Origin: Marsupella aquatica
Taxonomy: Eukaryota; Plantae; Marchantiophyta
Assembly: GCA_973895155.1 (NCBI GenBank)
Contig: OZ316896.1
Span: 5,345,303-5,409,302, forward strand
DNA: 64,000 bases
Direction of reading: 5' to 3'
The notes below the pieces were generated by a model. The model did no database searches. It saw nothing but the letters and a program-made list of their open reading frames with translations, and was not told where the DNA came from. Position 1 is the first letter of the stretch; every line of letters begins with the position of its first letter. The position numbers and the translations under genes were made by a program. This document shows, in pieces, positions 37,350 through 49,685 of this stretch.

Positions 37350-37517
37350 GTTTACTCCTGAGCTCTACCTGCCTTTCAGTTTACTACTCTACCTGCTTTA
37401 CTCCTGAGCTCTACCTGCCTTTCAGTTTACTACTCTACCTGCTGCCTTTCAGTTTACTACTTAGTTTGGCTTTAGTTCTACCTGCCTTTCAGTTTACTAC
37501 TTAGTTTGGCTTTAGTT
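37350..37517. repeat. Short low-complexity tandem repeats (ctacctgcctttcagtttactac)
   Basis: Direct reading. Confidence 0.85.
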
Positions 37518-38234
37518 AATTTTGCCTTGCTGCAGGACTCCTGGGCCTTTTCCCTTCTTCTGAGCTTTTGTTCCTTTTGCCCTGGAGCAGGACTCTCACA
37601 TTTTCCCCTTTTTTCTCCCCTTTACCTGTCTCCAGTCCTTGGGTCCCTTATTACATGATGTTTCACAAGGACACCAGAGTATTTTGTCAGTGTCGCCCAA
37701 AATTTTAATAATCAATTATGTTTTTAAGGAACAGCCATGTCATTGCCAGAATTTTCTTAGTGGCGAAAATGTGCTAAATCCACTTCCAAAATATTTTTGC
37801 CGCTTTCGCAAAAATTGGCTACATTGTCTGGCTCTCATCTAGCCACAGACCCCTTTGGCCAGAATCTAATGGTCATTCTTAGATCCAAGGAGATATGACG
37901 GCCAGACAAAAATGTAGGAAAAACCTAATAAGGAATATTCCTAGCATCTCCTCTTAACACAAGGTGACATTAAAGCGTCTCAAAGCTTCAAAGTCCAAAA
38001 CTTCAAAGTTGCAGATGATTGGCCATAACATTTTCACAGGGTTATGCAAAAGTTTTGTTTTTGTTTTTTTTCACTAGCTTATGCAGTGACTAATGGGCAG
38101 GACATATGATTCATTTTTAATATGAAAAACTTTTATGGACTATGAGTTAATTTATAGTCTGTAATTTCAAACCGCCACTAGCCATATAAAAGGGGGAAGA
38201 GTCCAACACTTCTCCCATTTTCACATTTATGATA

Positions 38235-39093
38235 CCATTTTGTTTCACAATATCAGGAAAAGAGTACTATTAATGGTGAAACCTAATGGACCCAGGTTTT
38301 GTCGTAGTAGTGTTGGTTTAACAAGGTCCATCAAATTTTGAGGTTTGAGACCCCCACTAGCTACACAATGGACCCAGATTTTGTCCTAGTGGTTTTGTTT
38401 TACAATCTCAGGAAAAGAGTACTGTTAGTGTTAGATATTGCTCTAATCTTGTGATTCATGAGCTAACCACAGTTAATTTAACTCGGGTTAGGACTTAGCT
38501 AATGTTAGCGGTAATGCTGTTGTGCATATATCCGGGGCTGATGCCAAACCTTGGTGGAACTTAGACTCATTGTTACGGAGCTAGTTGAGAGATAAGGAGA
38601 GCTTGTGTTGTGGATGCTTGGTATGACCGGTCGGCCTAGAGTGCAGTAAAGCTCTTGTGTGTTCCTGTGGATGTAGCCTCATGTGAAGGTGAACCACGTA
38701 TCTCTCTGTGTCGACTATTGTGCGTTGGATGGTTCATGGACTTGCCGTTGCAAATGTCGTCAATGCTCAACAATTAGTGGTGAAACCTAATGAACCTAGG
38801 TTTTGTAGTAGTGGTGTTTTAACAAGGTCCATCAAATTTTGAGGTTTGAGACTCCTATTAGCTACACAATGGACCCAGGTTGTAGTGGTTTTGTTTCACA
38901 ATCTCAGGAAAAGAGTACTATTAATGGTGAAACCTAATGGACCCAGGTTTTGTAGCAGGGGTGGTTTAACAATGTACATCAAAATTTGAGGTTTGAGACC
39001 CCTATTAGGTACCAATGGACCCAGGTTTTGTGGTAGTGGTGGTTTAACAAGGTCCATCAAATTTTGAGGTTTGAGACCCCTATTAGCTACACA
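38235..39093. repeat. Higher-order tandem array (ggacccaggttttgt / aaggtccatcaaattttgaggtttgagac) interrupted by a solo LTR
   Basis: About 6 ggacccag(g/a)tt copies and 4 caaattttgaggtttgagac-like copies. Confidence 0.9.
38429..38772 (+). mobile_element. Solo LTR (344 bp), probably Ty1/copia type
   Basis: TGTT...AACA termini and a 5-bp TSD gttag/attag (1 mismatch) that splits an otherwise intact array unit (aagagtact-attaa-tggtgaaacc). The internal gtggatgtagcc...gaaccacgta motif resembles plant copia LTRs. Confidence 0.85.
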
Positions 39094-39208
39094 GGCGAAA
39101 AAGGAGAAATCTTAAAAGAAATTAAGGCGGTCACTATGGTACTGGAGTTGTGTACTGTAGTGTTCCGTAGCACAGTGCTGTAGAAGCAGGTGACAGAAAC
39201 AAATTGCA

Positions 39209-42200
39209 ATGAGAAGAAACATGCTAAATTGCGATCAGCATCAGACTCGGATGCAGAAGGGCGAGGATGAGATGGGGAGAGGAGGAGAGGAGTTCAAATG
39301 GATCGAGGCGGATGGAGAGTTTGCAAAGCAAATGCAGGCCGCCGGTGTCACCTTCCATCATCGAATCGGTAAGGGCCTTTCATCCTTGCAAGACGAATTT
39401 GACGTCACCCATATCTGCTCTTCTTACATTGCTTAAAATTGTTGGTATGGAATGCGAGCTGCTGAACGGATCAGCTACATTACATTCTTTGATTGCACGA
39501 GGAAGGCGTTGAATTTAAGATTTGCTTGTTAGATGGAGCAGAGTGACGTGAGAACGCTTGGCAGAATTGAGGACTCATAATAGCGACTGCTGAAGTGCAG
39601 CTATTGCAGTGTCTGGGGGAGCAGACAGCATGGCCCTGTGTCTACTGGCAGCACGTTGGAAGAGGAGTAGTAATCCAGAACTAGGAGCAGGGGCCAAGTG
39701 TGATGGGTTGGTTGGTTTTGTGGTGGACCATAGCTTGAGGTCTGGTAGTGCTGAGGAGGCCGTGCAGGTTCAGAAGTGGGTTTCTAATCTTGGTGAGCAT
39801 CTATCTCCATGCTCCCACTTCCTGCTGCATTGCTCTGCTCTACTCTATTCGGCCATTCTTTTTTGTTCCTTGGGTTTTGTCCTGTCTATGCTGTCCTACC
39901 ATCTTGGCACCTCAATTTTGCCCCGACACGACCTCTTAATGGGTGGGATTGTCTCGTCTGACTTGATAACTTGCTCGCCTGATACATTCGATGAACATGC
40001 CTTTGGTGAAGATTCTTTTCAATTCATAGCACTGGCAAGGATTCCACAGACTGCTGTCTTTCAGAGTTTGCGCTTTTGCACGACTTTTCAACTACCTGAA
40101 CTTACTTCTCACAATAAGCAACTCCGTCCATGAGCTATCGTTCAATGGAATATGGTGTTTTTGCATATAAGTGATTGACCAATGGATGCTGATTTTTTTC
40201 CCGTTGAAGGATTCGCATCCAACATTTTGAAATGTACGTGGATACATGGTGTTCCTGCGTTGGGACATCTGCAAGAGTCTGCACGCAACGCTAGGTACTA
40301 ATACGGAGTGATATCATATCCTTCTATGGGTGCCAAAAAGAACGCTTTGGTTGTCTTGCAGAATAGTTTAAGCTGCGTGGAAAATTAGAGAACAGCATGA
40401 AAGGCATGCAGACATTCATCTTCAAATGGAAAAAAATATTACTATTTTTAAGTTGCTCCGTATCTTGATGAAGGTTATGTCACATTTTTTGCGTTGATAT
40501 ATCTGTTCCCCGTGACCATATTTGGAGGTGAAATGCAGGTATTCCTTGCTCGCACAGGCTTGTCAACATGTTGGAGTTCAGATTCTACTCACTGCTCATC
40601 ATGCCGATGACCAGGTGAGAGGACAACAGAAAATATTGTTGTCGCTCGTAGGAGACCCTCCGTTTGTTTATCTGGTGATAAGCTTTTTTTCCGAGTGTAC
40701 AGGATTTTCGCCCAGTTTTAGGGTCGGAAGTTATCAAAGCTTGCTGATTTATTAGAACAACTTGGTTGTACCCAGAAACAAAACAAGATAGTGCTGATTC
40801 TTTACGCTCAAAGGGATTAGATAACGCACTCTTTGCCTGAGACTGGTCCCCAAGGATTGTAAGTTTTAAAATGTGGCCTAGGGTTTAAGTAGCTTTTCTC
40901 TACGAAGGGTAGGTCTATATTCTTTTCACCAGTTGAGTTTTCTGTGAACGTGTCAGTCAGTTCAACCAAGATAATAAAGCGTTATGACAAGCACTTATCA
41001 TGGCAGGCTGAACTGTTCGTTTTGCGATTGTCACGGTGCAGTGGCATTGCTGGATTGGCTGGAATAGCATCAGCAACAAGTTTTCATTTACGTCCCTTAA
41101 AGGGTTTCGTTCCCTGTCAGTTGCTTCTTATTCGACCGTTACTGAAGTTTGTAAAGGAGCAACTCTACAATGTGCGTGCAACTTTGTGCTTGGAATTATT
41201 CACATAGTTTGCAAGGAATCGTTAGATCCAGTATTCAAGGAAGGAAGCCAGAGCATCCATGTTTTTGCCTTCTGAAATTGGGTCTATTGAGATAAACAGT
41301 TGATCACTAGTTGATTAATATATGCCCAGAGGAGGGAGAGTTCAAATACTTGCTCAGTGGAAGTAAGAGGAGCTTCATTAAGTGACAAAGATATTACATT
41401 GTTTCGAGTTCGGGGCGAAGGTTCTGTTTGGGTTGTATTGCTCACATTCTTACATCGTGATCTGAGGAATGTGAGAGTGAGGCAGCTATCGGGCAATTTA
41501 CTCTTTACATTATCAAACCGTCCATTCTTGAAGTTGAATAGAACTTATTCATTTATTTTTGTCATTACATTGTGCTTACAGATTTGTTGTTTGATCTCCC
41601 AGATATGCCAAACATCTGGTCAGGACTGGATTGAAGATCCAACCAATGTGAACCTCAATTTTGCTCGCAATCGCATACGAAAATCTCTCAAGGGGGCGTC
41701 TTTAAGTGAGTCCGTTTTATGAACCATGCACCTCATGTCTCTGTGATCATCTCAAAGCAGCATTAGAGGTTACAAGTTCTCTAATCAGGTTGTGTCATGA
41801 ACACGTGAAGCGGAAGCACATCACGTTGTGTCCTATATTTGATAGTTGTTGTTGATCATGTGTAGTGATAACGTGGCCTGTTTTGGTAAACCTTCACCCT
41901 TTTGCCGCTTTCTCGGACTTCGAGCAAACCATGTTGAATCCTAAAGCTGCCAGCAATTTCCTTCAACTTGCCTATATCGTACTACATATTCAAAACAACA
42001 CAGTTGAATAAGGAATGACGGACTGTTGAGACAATTTGCTGTTCAACGTGCAGTGGCTGTCCGAACAGAGATTCAGCAATTGATTGTCTTCTGTCGAAAG
42101 ATACGAAGCATTCTTGATAGGGATCGTGACCATCTATTGTCTGAAGTTTCACAAGTGTCCCAAGTATGCACTCCGTTCTTAGAGTGTCTATTTTGTAGCC

Positions 42201-44461
42201 GGCTTACTTTAAATATTTGGCACGTTGTCCAGTTTAGGAGGGCAGCTAGTCAGGTGATTTGACCCGCAGGTCCCGAATGATTGTTGCAAGGAGTTTAGTG
42301 CCTTCAGTTACTTAAGCTTAGAGTCGTACGGGAATACACGCTCATCTTTCAGTTGTTTATGTCATGAAGGAATGGGGACATATCACAGTAGAAGTTGAGA
42401 AGTTGTTGTCAAGTGGTGTAAGCAAAGCCGTTCTTCACAGAGCAGTGGCAGCAGTTATGCAGGTTCGTCACTGCTTGCATTTTACCCTCCGGATTCTTGC
42501 AGCATGCCCATTTCTCTGAAGGTAGAGTGTTGTGCCTTGTCCCAGAAAAAGCCATTGAGTTCGAAAAGCTCCTTTTTTAAATGCTTGCTATAGAGAATAT
42601 TTCAGTACCAACCTCCACGTCATTGAAAAGAGCTGTAACCGAGCAAGAGAGTGAATCCCTGATTTCTCTTCCGCGAGGGTGAAGGACTGCAGAGATGTGA
42701 ACCTCGTCTGATCCTTATCTTTCCTGTCCTGGAGCTGATAGTACTGTTTTGGACATGTTTACAGTTTGTTGCGCAAAAGATGAAGCCACCTCGAGGAAGA
42801 TCAGTTAGCAGTGTAATAGAACATCTGCAAGCCAAAAATTCCAAGGTCAGTCTTAAACGTTTTACCGTGTTGTTCTAGAGCCAAAAGTGCATTGGAAAGA
42901 ACAAATCTGCATCGTGGTTGAAGGAAAAGTCCTGAGGAATAGAAGTTTTAAGAGATTCAATTTAGTCTCCGAGATGTACTCGACCCGAAGTTCATGCGAC
43001 TCTTTCCTTTTACGTTCAACCCTTGGCTCTACTGGACACATGGGACGTTAAATGAGTTTAAGAAGGATTATAAGTGAAAGACAGGGCACTGGTATGCAAT
43101 TATTACAACAGTTCAGTCGATGCTGATATGCTTTTCGCGAAGGCATAGCCTTGTTCATAAATAACTTATTGTTATGCTTATCACATTGTGTGCCACAGGG
43201 AGCATTCACAGTTGCTGGGTGTAACATCTTCCCAGCTCCTGGGTCTAAAGGGTCTACGTCCATCATTTGTTTCTCACCTGACTCCCCACTACCGTCAGGG
43301 CCCAGTGTAGTCTGTCTGGATCAGTCTGCCCAGGGGCTATCATCAGAGTTGTCCAGCCCTGTCGCTGGAGTACCTAAGTTGTGTCATGTGGGTCAAGAAA
43401 ATCCCATTCTTGATGAAGTTATTACTGATTGTATCTCGAAGGCCATTTCTTTACTCGCACTTGACATTAAAACACCCAGGACTGCTGTCGACGAGTTCAA
43501 ATGTCTGGGACTTGTATCTGATCCAGGAGCACGTCTGTTGAAAGACCTAGCATCAGATGTTTCATTAGATATGCGCAAGGCACCAGTCAATCAATTAGAC
43601 GAGGCTTTGACACCAAACATGAATTCAACTTCCAGTCAGTGCTCAAAAGTACCTGTTGCTTTTGGGAGCTCAGTGTATTTCATGGACCGATTTGTTGTTT
43701 CACTGTCATCAAGTGAACAAAAAATTGTCAGGCAGGGTACACAACCTTGCATACCTCGAAGGGAGAACGAGCCCTCACCAGGGGACTGCTGCCTGTTGAG
43801 ACAGAAAATGTGGATCCGCCATTTCGAGGAAAAAGATTGGGTGTATTTGTCACGATTAGCTAGGGAGTTGCCTGGTACACAGAGCGCCAGAGGTTTCAAA
43901 GCTGATATGCTGTTAACTGACCCTCAAGGGCCATATTGCAGTAACTTGAATTGCACTTCAAGTTCAAAATCTCATGCTCGAGCAGCGAATGGGCATGTGA
44001 AACCTTTCACTTCTTCTCTTGAAGTGTATACTTCTCATTGTGCATCAAGTCCTTCAGACGAGCTCCACGACGGAGATCCATGCAGGAGGCCATGGTACGA
44101 GATTGAAAGATTTTCAAAAGCTAAGGAAGCACTTGCAAAGCTACGGAGTGTTCCCAAGCTTGTCAGAAGGGGACTTCCAGTAATAGTTACAACTCAGGGT
44201 TTGCTTCTCGGAATGCCTGTGAGTTTCTCACCAATTCCTTGTATCTCTTTTTGGTCATCAAAGTCATGATAGCTTATGGGAACGCCTGGTCCAGTATGCT
44301 GAATCAACTGGAATTAAAAGAAATAGAAAGTATCATAATATCCTTTGTTCTGTTGTGTTGTGTTTCAGTCTGTGGACTATAGGCATTGCCCATTGGCATC
44401 AATGAAAGCTGTATTTTGCCCACGAATTCCTCTTGGTGGGCCTCAGGCATCTTGGCTTTGA
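39209..44461 (+). CDS. RSY3: tRNA(Ile)-lysidine synthase (TilS; RASPBERRY3 orthologue), 11 exons; start codon uncertain
   Basis: HHRI-A|IAVSGGADSMAL (PP-loop), VVDHSLR, QESARNAR|Y, LTAHHADDQ|AELFVLRLSRCSG, RPLL, WIEDPTN...ARNRIR, and C-terminal RRGLPV...FCPRIPLGG as in plant RSY3. Confidence 0.93.
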
Positions 44462-45199
44462 GGTAACATCATTCTGAACGGTTTTGCGAACATGCATCTA
44501 CTACTGGGGTACACACGAAAGAAAACCCTCCCAGGCTTAAAATTTCTTCAGATGTTTGGGATGAGGTATTTTGGTGCGAGCTGCAACCTGTCAAATGCAT
44601 TTCGTGTACCAACAAAAGGACAGATGCTGTTGAGTCATAAAAGCAATTCAGTGATCGACCTGAGCACTGAGAAGATCGAGTAAATGCAAAACGAAGTAAA
44701 GGCCTGATGTCGAATGGTGAAAAGGGGGTTAGGGTTTAGTCAAAATGCAGCTATGGTGGAAAGCATTATTGTATAAAAATTTGCGCGTGTGCCAAATTTC
44801 ATCAAGCCATGATCTATTCAATGCTGTAGTGATCCAAATGAGCTACCTGTAGTAAGAGTGTTAGCCTCTCGATGCCACTGAAGTTGCAATCGTCTGATAT
44901 CCCTCATTTGTTTGTTCTCTGTGACCTTCCGTCAGGCTTGTTTGTCACATCCTCTGCTGTCTGATCCTTGGCCAAACGGCTTCACAAGCACCCCTGCTCA
45001 CAACCACTCTTTGTACAAGTTCACAATTTATTGTAAATGTTTGACTGAAATACCTTCGTTAGCTATTTCAATGACAATATTCCAATCACTTCCAAACAAC
45101 TGTTCAGTAAGCTTTCAGATCCAGACCCTCTGATTTTTAACAGCCAATTCTCCTTCTCTCTATCAGAGCAGGTCCACGGATAATGGGAATTGGTTTATG

Positions 45200-47435
45200 A
45201 AAGTAGTAGGTCTATTAAAGGGTGCTGTGGTCAATCCCAACGTCATCTACACTCAACCCCTAGACCTCATCTCCACAGTTCAATACCAGCTGGAGATTAA
45301 GGGAGTATTCTATCATCCCTCAAGAGAGTAGCCCTTTAATTCCCAAAATTCTTGGGCTTGATCCGCCACAATTTTTAAGGGAAACCCCTCAAGTTTCTTG
45401 TTGGGAAAGATCAGCAAAGAATGCTAGGTGGATCTGAAGGGGCAAGTTCCATCTACCCTCAAAAAAATTTGCCCTTTAATTTAAAAAAAACATAGGGCAA
45501 TAATATCATAGATTTGGAAGATGGAAACATAGAAGGATGAGGAGTAACCAAGGACAGGAGGGAGTGAGGGCTGAATGTAACTTGGAATTTGGAGTGGGTT
45601 AGCTTCCACTCTTGTGTGGAAGCCCTGCTATTTGGGCTTCCCAAGAGGCACCTACCTTGATGGCATAAGGAGTGATCATGATAGGTTCATCCAACCCAAT
45701 TAGTTGACAAATGAGGGTGGCCAACCTCCTCTTGTCAACTTCACAAGTGCCTGCAGGTTTAGACGGCTCAAGACCCAATGCAAGGACCTCTAGTTCAAAA
45801 ACAAGAGACAACATTATAACATCAATCTCTTTTTGATGTTTCTCAACCAACACCTTCATCCCTCATCTGTCTCCATTAAGGGGAATTACCTTGCCTAAGT
45901 CAAAGTAAGCCAACTTTTTCAATCCTGGCTCACCAATATCTTGACTTTCTCATGTCAAAGAGCTTTTGAAAGCTCAACACATTCTTTTCTCATATGTTCC
46001 TTAAAATCACACCACATACAACCCCAACCAATGTTTTGTCTAGTACCAGGTGTAGGTCTATCTGGTACTAGACATCCAATGCATACTCAAGCTCATCTCT
46101 GAGCTCCCTATCAGTATAATGTAAAAACAGGGAAGTTTTGTGAAGAGAAAGAAAGTCCAGATCGTTAGATGGAAGCTGGTCGAGTTTTCTCTTGAATTGC
46201 AAGAGAAGTTCCTCTGGCCCCAACCCTTTGCTCCTCTCCTGGATCCGGTCAAGGAAGGTAGCTTCAGTCATCCTCTCAGAATCTGTCATCATAAACCTTC
46301 GTTTCATATTTTTAACAAGATCTTGCCACTCATTCTCCGGAGTAAGTCCGGCGATCAGTCTAACAACTGTGCTCTTAAACTCTGGCTTCACAAGAGTTGA
46401 AAATTCAAGAACAACAGTTTCCTGGTCTATCTTGTAGACCTGAACTTGCTTCCAATAGACCCTCAAGTACTTGGTAACATCTTTGCCTTTAAACTCGCCT
46501 TCACTCAAAAGCACAGCCTGATGGCATTTAGTAACTCTATCCTCCTGAAAGCTATCCATTTTGTTGTTTCTTACCTCTGGCTCATCCTTTTTATGGCTCT
46601 CTGAATAGACATAAAAAGTGCTGAGAGGTGATCCATGTTGTCCACTTCAATTCCATGTGGGGATGATGGACCCTCTTCATTAGCCATTGCAGCCACAGTC
46701 TAGTCCCTCTAAGCCAAAAAGGGTTAGAAGCCAGGCTGATCCTATCCTGCCACTACTAATCATTTTTATACTTCTCCTGGACTGGTCAATCACCCCACGA
46801 TAACCAAGAACCGGCTAACGACCAAGTAATTTTTAAAATCACAAAACCCCAACAACCATTAATATTAGGTTAGTAACATCCAATAGTTTCTGATAAGAAG
46901 CATTGTCAAGCTATCAACAAGACATCATAGTTCCAAGTTTATACAATATTAGTGCCACTGTCAACGTTGGGAACAATCCAATATACTAGTTAGCACCAAA
47001 TTAGTAACACAGGTATTCCAACAACAAGCCTTACCAAGTTAGTGCCGACAACATCCCACTAAGTTAGTAAATCTGGTTAGCACAAAGGTTAACAAACCAG
47101 ATTAAGTGCAGATTCAGTATACCAGGTTAACACAAGATTAGTACACCACCAAACAAATAAAACAAAAATAAAATTAGTACACCAGGTGAACGCAAGATTA
47201 GTATATCGGGTTAACACAAGGTTAGTACACCAGGCTAACACACGGTTAGTTTACCAGGTTAACACAAGGTTAATATACCAAGGTTTAATATACCAGGTTA
47301 GTACAGGTTAGTATCATCATGTTAGTACAGGTTTGCAAGTCAGGTAATCGGGCTAGTTGCTGTTTGACCTGAATCAGGGCTAGCGGTGGTTTAAATTAAT
47401 TTGACTTGGATTGCGTTGAGCTAGGTTACATCACA
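45200..47435 (-). mobile_element. Decayed LTR-retroelement relic (gag-like ORF 46068-46559, possible integrase-like fragment ~45330-45400)
   Basis: Gag-like FKGKDVTKYLRVY...WQDLVKNMKRRF and a minus-strand GFPLKIVADQAQEF resembling the integrase GxPxxIVSDxGxEF motif. Many stops. TGTGATGTAAC LTR-like start at 47434. Confidence 0.5.
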
Positions 47436-47628
47436 CCTGCCCCTATAAAACCTCATTCCATGCCCCACTACTCACCATAAAAGGTGGAGTAGTCAGCACC
47501 TTTAGTGGAGCTATGTGGAGCTCAAGCCCATTCCTAGCACTAAAAGTGAACCATAGTGTACAATGAGAGCTATGGGTAACCCCTAGCCCTTTATAGGTGC
47601 TCTTGTGACTTGGATTCACTTTTACAAC

Positions 47629-47839
47629 TTTTAAGTATATTGCCACTAAAGATGTTTGAATTTATAATACTGCCACGATTTTTGTTGTATTTACAAAAGT
47701 GCCACAATTTTTGTATACAGCTCCCCTGGTTACCTTGGGGAACTTGTCATCCATATACGAAACCGTGACAGTTTTATAAATACAAAAAAACTAACAGTAT
47801 TGTCAATTAGAACATCTTTAGTGGCAAAGTACTTAAAAG
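47629..47839. mobile_element. ~210-bp foldback MITE (Mutator-like TIRs)
   Basis: cttttaagtatattgccactaaagatgtt ... aacatctttagtggcaaagtacttaaaag, with degenerate inversion continuing inward. Confidence 0.8.
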
Positions 47840-48524
47840 CTGAAATGGTAAAATAGAGGTGAAAAAAAATCATCTTTGGATAAGTTGTCATTGATACATC
47901 CGTGTTTTCTGGTAATCTGTTTCATTTTCTATTTAATTTACACATTTTTGAAATAGTGACAAGTAGAAAGAAACTCTCCAACTACTCAACCATTTACCAA
48001 GGTAACATAAGGAATCTACCAAACTTTTGAACTTCTCTAACATTTACTAGGTACCTCAAGAAACCTTTGGCTACTATGGATAGAGGAGTAACAAGCAAGG
48101 GTAAGAAACGCCATAACTACTATGGGTAGTGGAATACCAAGTGACTCTAAGACCTTTCAACTACTATGGACAAATTAATTTGTTGTATGAACTATATGGA
48201 ATGTTAGATGTAATGTATAGACATAGAGGTACTAAGGGAAATGTTTTGCATGGAGAATTACACTTCGTATTACCATGAATGTACTTCTATTTGTCTTCAA
48301 TGAAATTGTCCTAACTACCTTTAAAATTCACTTCATTTAGAATCCTCCATTTAATTTTTGTCCTCTCATCTATTCCAATGTGGAACTCTCTATGGCTCCA
48401 AATAGTTCAATAAAACAAGTTTACATAACCAAGGGGTCCTCGAACTAAATGTTAAAATGATGGGGCCAAAAATGATGGTTTTTTTTATCATTTCACTAAC
48501 TTTCAAAGAATGTACATTTATATT

Positions 48525-48655
48525 CTACTCTGCTCTATTCAAGTTCAAAGAATGCGCAATCGGAATAGGGCACTCTCCTATATTCAAGTTCAAAGAACTC
48601 GCAATCAGAATCAGGGTACTCTCCTCTATTCAAGTTCAAAGAACTCTCAATCAGT
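48525..48655. repeat. 3 x ~45-bp tandem repeat
   Basis: actct.ct.tattcaagttcaaagaa repeated. Confidence 0.88.
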
Positions 48656-48772
48656 ATGAGGGCTCTAGTACCAATGGACTATTAGTTTGGGGGTAGATTA
48701 GTAAATAATTTAGTTTTGGGGATAGATTTATAATAACGATCACTTTGGGGGGTAGTTTAGTAAAATGCTGTT

Positions 48773-48885
48773 CGCTTTTATGGGGAGAGAGGGTCTTCTG
48801 GTCTTCTTTGTGGACCCTTCACAACACATCGCTTTTATAGGAGAGAGGGTCTTCTGGTCTTCTTTGTGGACCCTTCACAACACCA
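48773..48885. repeat. 57-bp near-perfect tandem duplication
   Basis: cgcttttat.gg.gagagagggtcttctggtcttctttgtggacccttcacaacac twice. Confidence 0.93.
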
Positions 48886-49685
48886 TCAGTCTCTTCTCTG
48901 CTCGCCTCGCATCGCAGCCTTGATCTTCTGCTCACAAGCTCCAGAAGCGCCAACGTCACGAATTCCAGGATCACATTTGTGTCGAGGAAGTGCGGACGAT
49001 CGAAGGCCACGGACGAGAGACAATCTTGTAGAGAAAAAAATCGGAGAAAAAGCAGCTCCTCCTCGACTTGTACGACGAAATATGCTGAAGAAGTGCGGAA
49101 GATGGAAGGCGACTGATGACTCTGCCCTCCTGGAGTAGAGAAAATCGGAGGAAGCAGCATTCTCCGAGAGCTGCCGACGTCACGAATTACGGCAGCACGT
49201 TTGTGGTGAAAGAAGTGCGGAAGATCGAAGGTGACGGAACACTGCGTCCTCCTCGATGTGTGTGCAAGCTCGGGTGGACAGGAAACAACGGAAGATGATC
49301 GACGGGATGACGAGACTTTTGTGAGCGTTTGTTACTGGTGACGACCGATTTGCGCTGTGTCTATGGTCCACCCGCAAGGGCGGGGTCTATCCGATACTCG
49401 GTCTGCCTCAGCCGTTGGACGTTTCTATGATTTCATGTGTAGGATGGAATGGAATGCGGCATTCGAACGAGTGCTTGGGGTTGAGCTCCACCGCGAGCTT
49501 ACTACTCTGGAGTTTGGGAGTTGAGGGGACGCAGCTGGCATGAAGGTTAGGTTAGCGGTAGGGAATTTCAGTTTGCGCGTTGCTGGCATTGTTTCGTAAC
49601 TCCTGCTGCCGTAGAATCCGAACAGAGGCAGGTCTTCGTCGCCGTCGGCCCGGTCGGAGGGATTCTGGTGTCGAGGTTTGGTTTC

